A stretch of DNA of 64,000 bases, taken from NCBI RefSeq assembly GCF_026210795.1, contig NC_089430.1, forward strand, positions 2,294,001-2,358,000, written 5' to 3'. This DNA comes from Rhizophagus irregularis (lineage: Eukaryota). Under the pieces are notes generated by a model, which was not told the origin of the DNA, searched no databases, and saw nothing but the letters and a program-made list of their open reading frames with translations. Below are positions 63,299 to 64,000 of the stretch, piece after piece. The translations under genes were made by a program, and so were the position numbers. How positions within the stretch are numbered: position 1 is the stretch's first letter; each line of letters begins with the position of its first letter.

Positions 63299-64000
63299 CA
63301 TACTTTCTCCCCCGTTGGGCTCTGCCCATTTTTTCCCATGAAGTTATGGATGAAAAATATGAGGATTTTTTGCCTTGAGTGATAGTAAAAGGACTTTTCG
63401 ACGTTATATGAAGTTATTACTGAGGTCTTTAGTTTCGCCCGAACTCCTTACGGCTTATATTGAGTTAGGACCGTTATCATGAGTCTTGGAGTTACCAATA
63501 ATACTGTAAAATGGCAGTTCCATACGAACGTTCCACTGGGCTTTCTGAAAGGTTGAAAAGTAGTGCGTCTTGGTTTCTACGCCTTTAAAGTCTAACTGGC
63601 CAAGTGGTTCGCAGGCCGGACCGGTATTTCTTGGAAGGAGCTCCTGACCAACGTATTTCTTGCTAGTTGATGTTGTTAACTGGGGAGTTAGTCTTCTAAA
63701 ATAAGGAGACGGAGTTGAGATGTATGTTTGGTGAATTTTACTCAGGTTTTTCTCATTGCACTTCGAGTTTTCCTGAGGTTTATGTCTTTATTTTTTGCTT
63801 TTTGTTTTTCTTGGTCATTTTTTTTGGTGTAACCTTATTTTCTTTGGGGGGTGGGGGGATACTGGAAAATTTGATCGTCATGGTGGCTTGGTGTTACAAT
63901 TTTAAAATCGATCATCATTGGGGTGATAAGGGGGTGACAGGTTGGGTACCGCAGTTTTTGTAGTATGCCGATCAAGGTGGTCACATGATGGACTATCATT
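63299..64000 (+). mobile_element. Non-autonomous partner element, copy B (runs off window end)
   Basis: Near-identical to 37433-~38131; begins C(A/G)TACTTTCTCC directly after a LINE (GAT)n tail. Confidence 0.8.

Noticed and set aside
1..64000. Telomeric location for the array
   Set aside because: No TTAGGG-type repeat tract is seen in the window, so this cannot be supported here.

Overview
AT-rich eukaryotic DNA, most likely from an arbuscular-mycorrhizal (Glomeromycotina-like) fungus; this is inferred from gene families and intron style. 1-11.4 kb is host-like sequence: a complete Tc1 (DD34E) transposon with 34-bp TIRs and TA TSD, aldo-keto-reductase and kinase pseudogene remnants, a three-exon NmrA-like gene, and a broken F-box/LRR-type gene whose 5' end is cut off at a palindrome at ~11449. 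From ~14.0 to 20.6 kb lies a compact, intronless, co-oriented virus/plasmid-like replicon. It carries iteron-like repeats, an SF3 (D5-like) helicase, a minimal family-B DNA polymerase with an OTU-like Cys/His module, and three small ORFs; no capsid or integrase is visible. From 21019 to the window end is a head-to-tail array of five full-length ~8.2-kb non-LTR retrotransposons (ORF1 RRM/Zn-knuckle; ORF2 APE-RT-RNase H-CCHC). Two copies of a ~1.27-kb non-coding partner element are interspersed. Every junction sits at the motif TTGATAA(G/T)GACTGAT, found both in the genomic site before the array and at each complete element's own 3' end. This suggests a sequence-specific LINE that regenerates its own target and grows a tandem array, with a SINE-like hitch-hiker.
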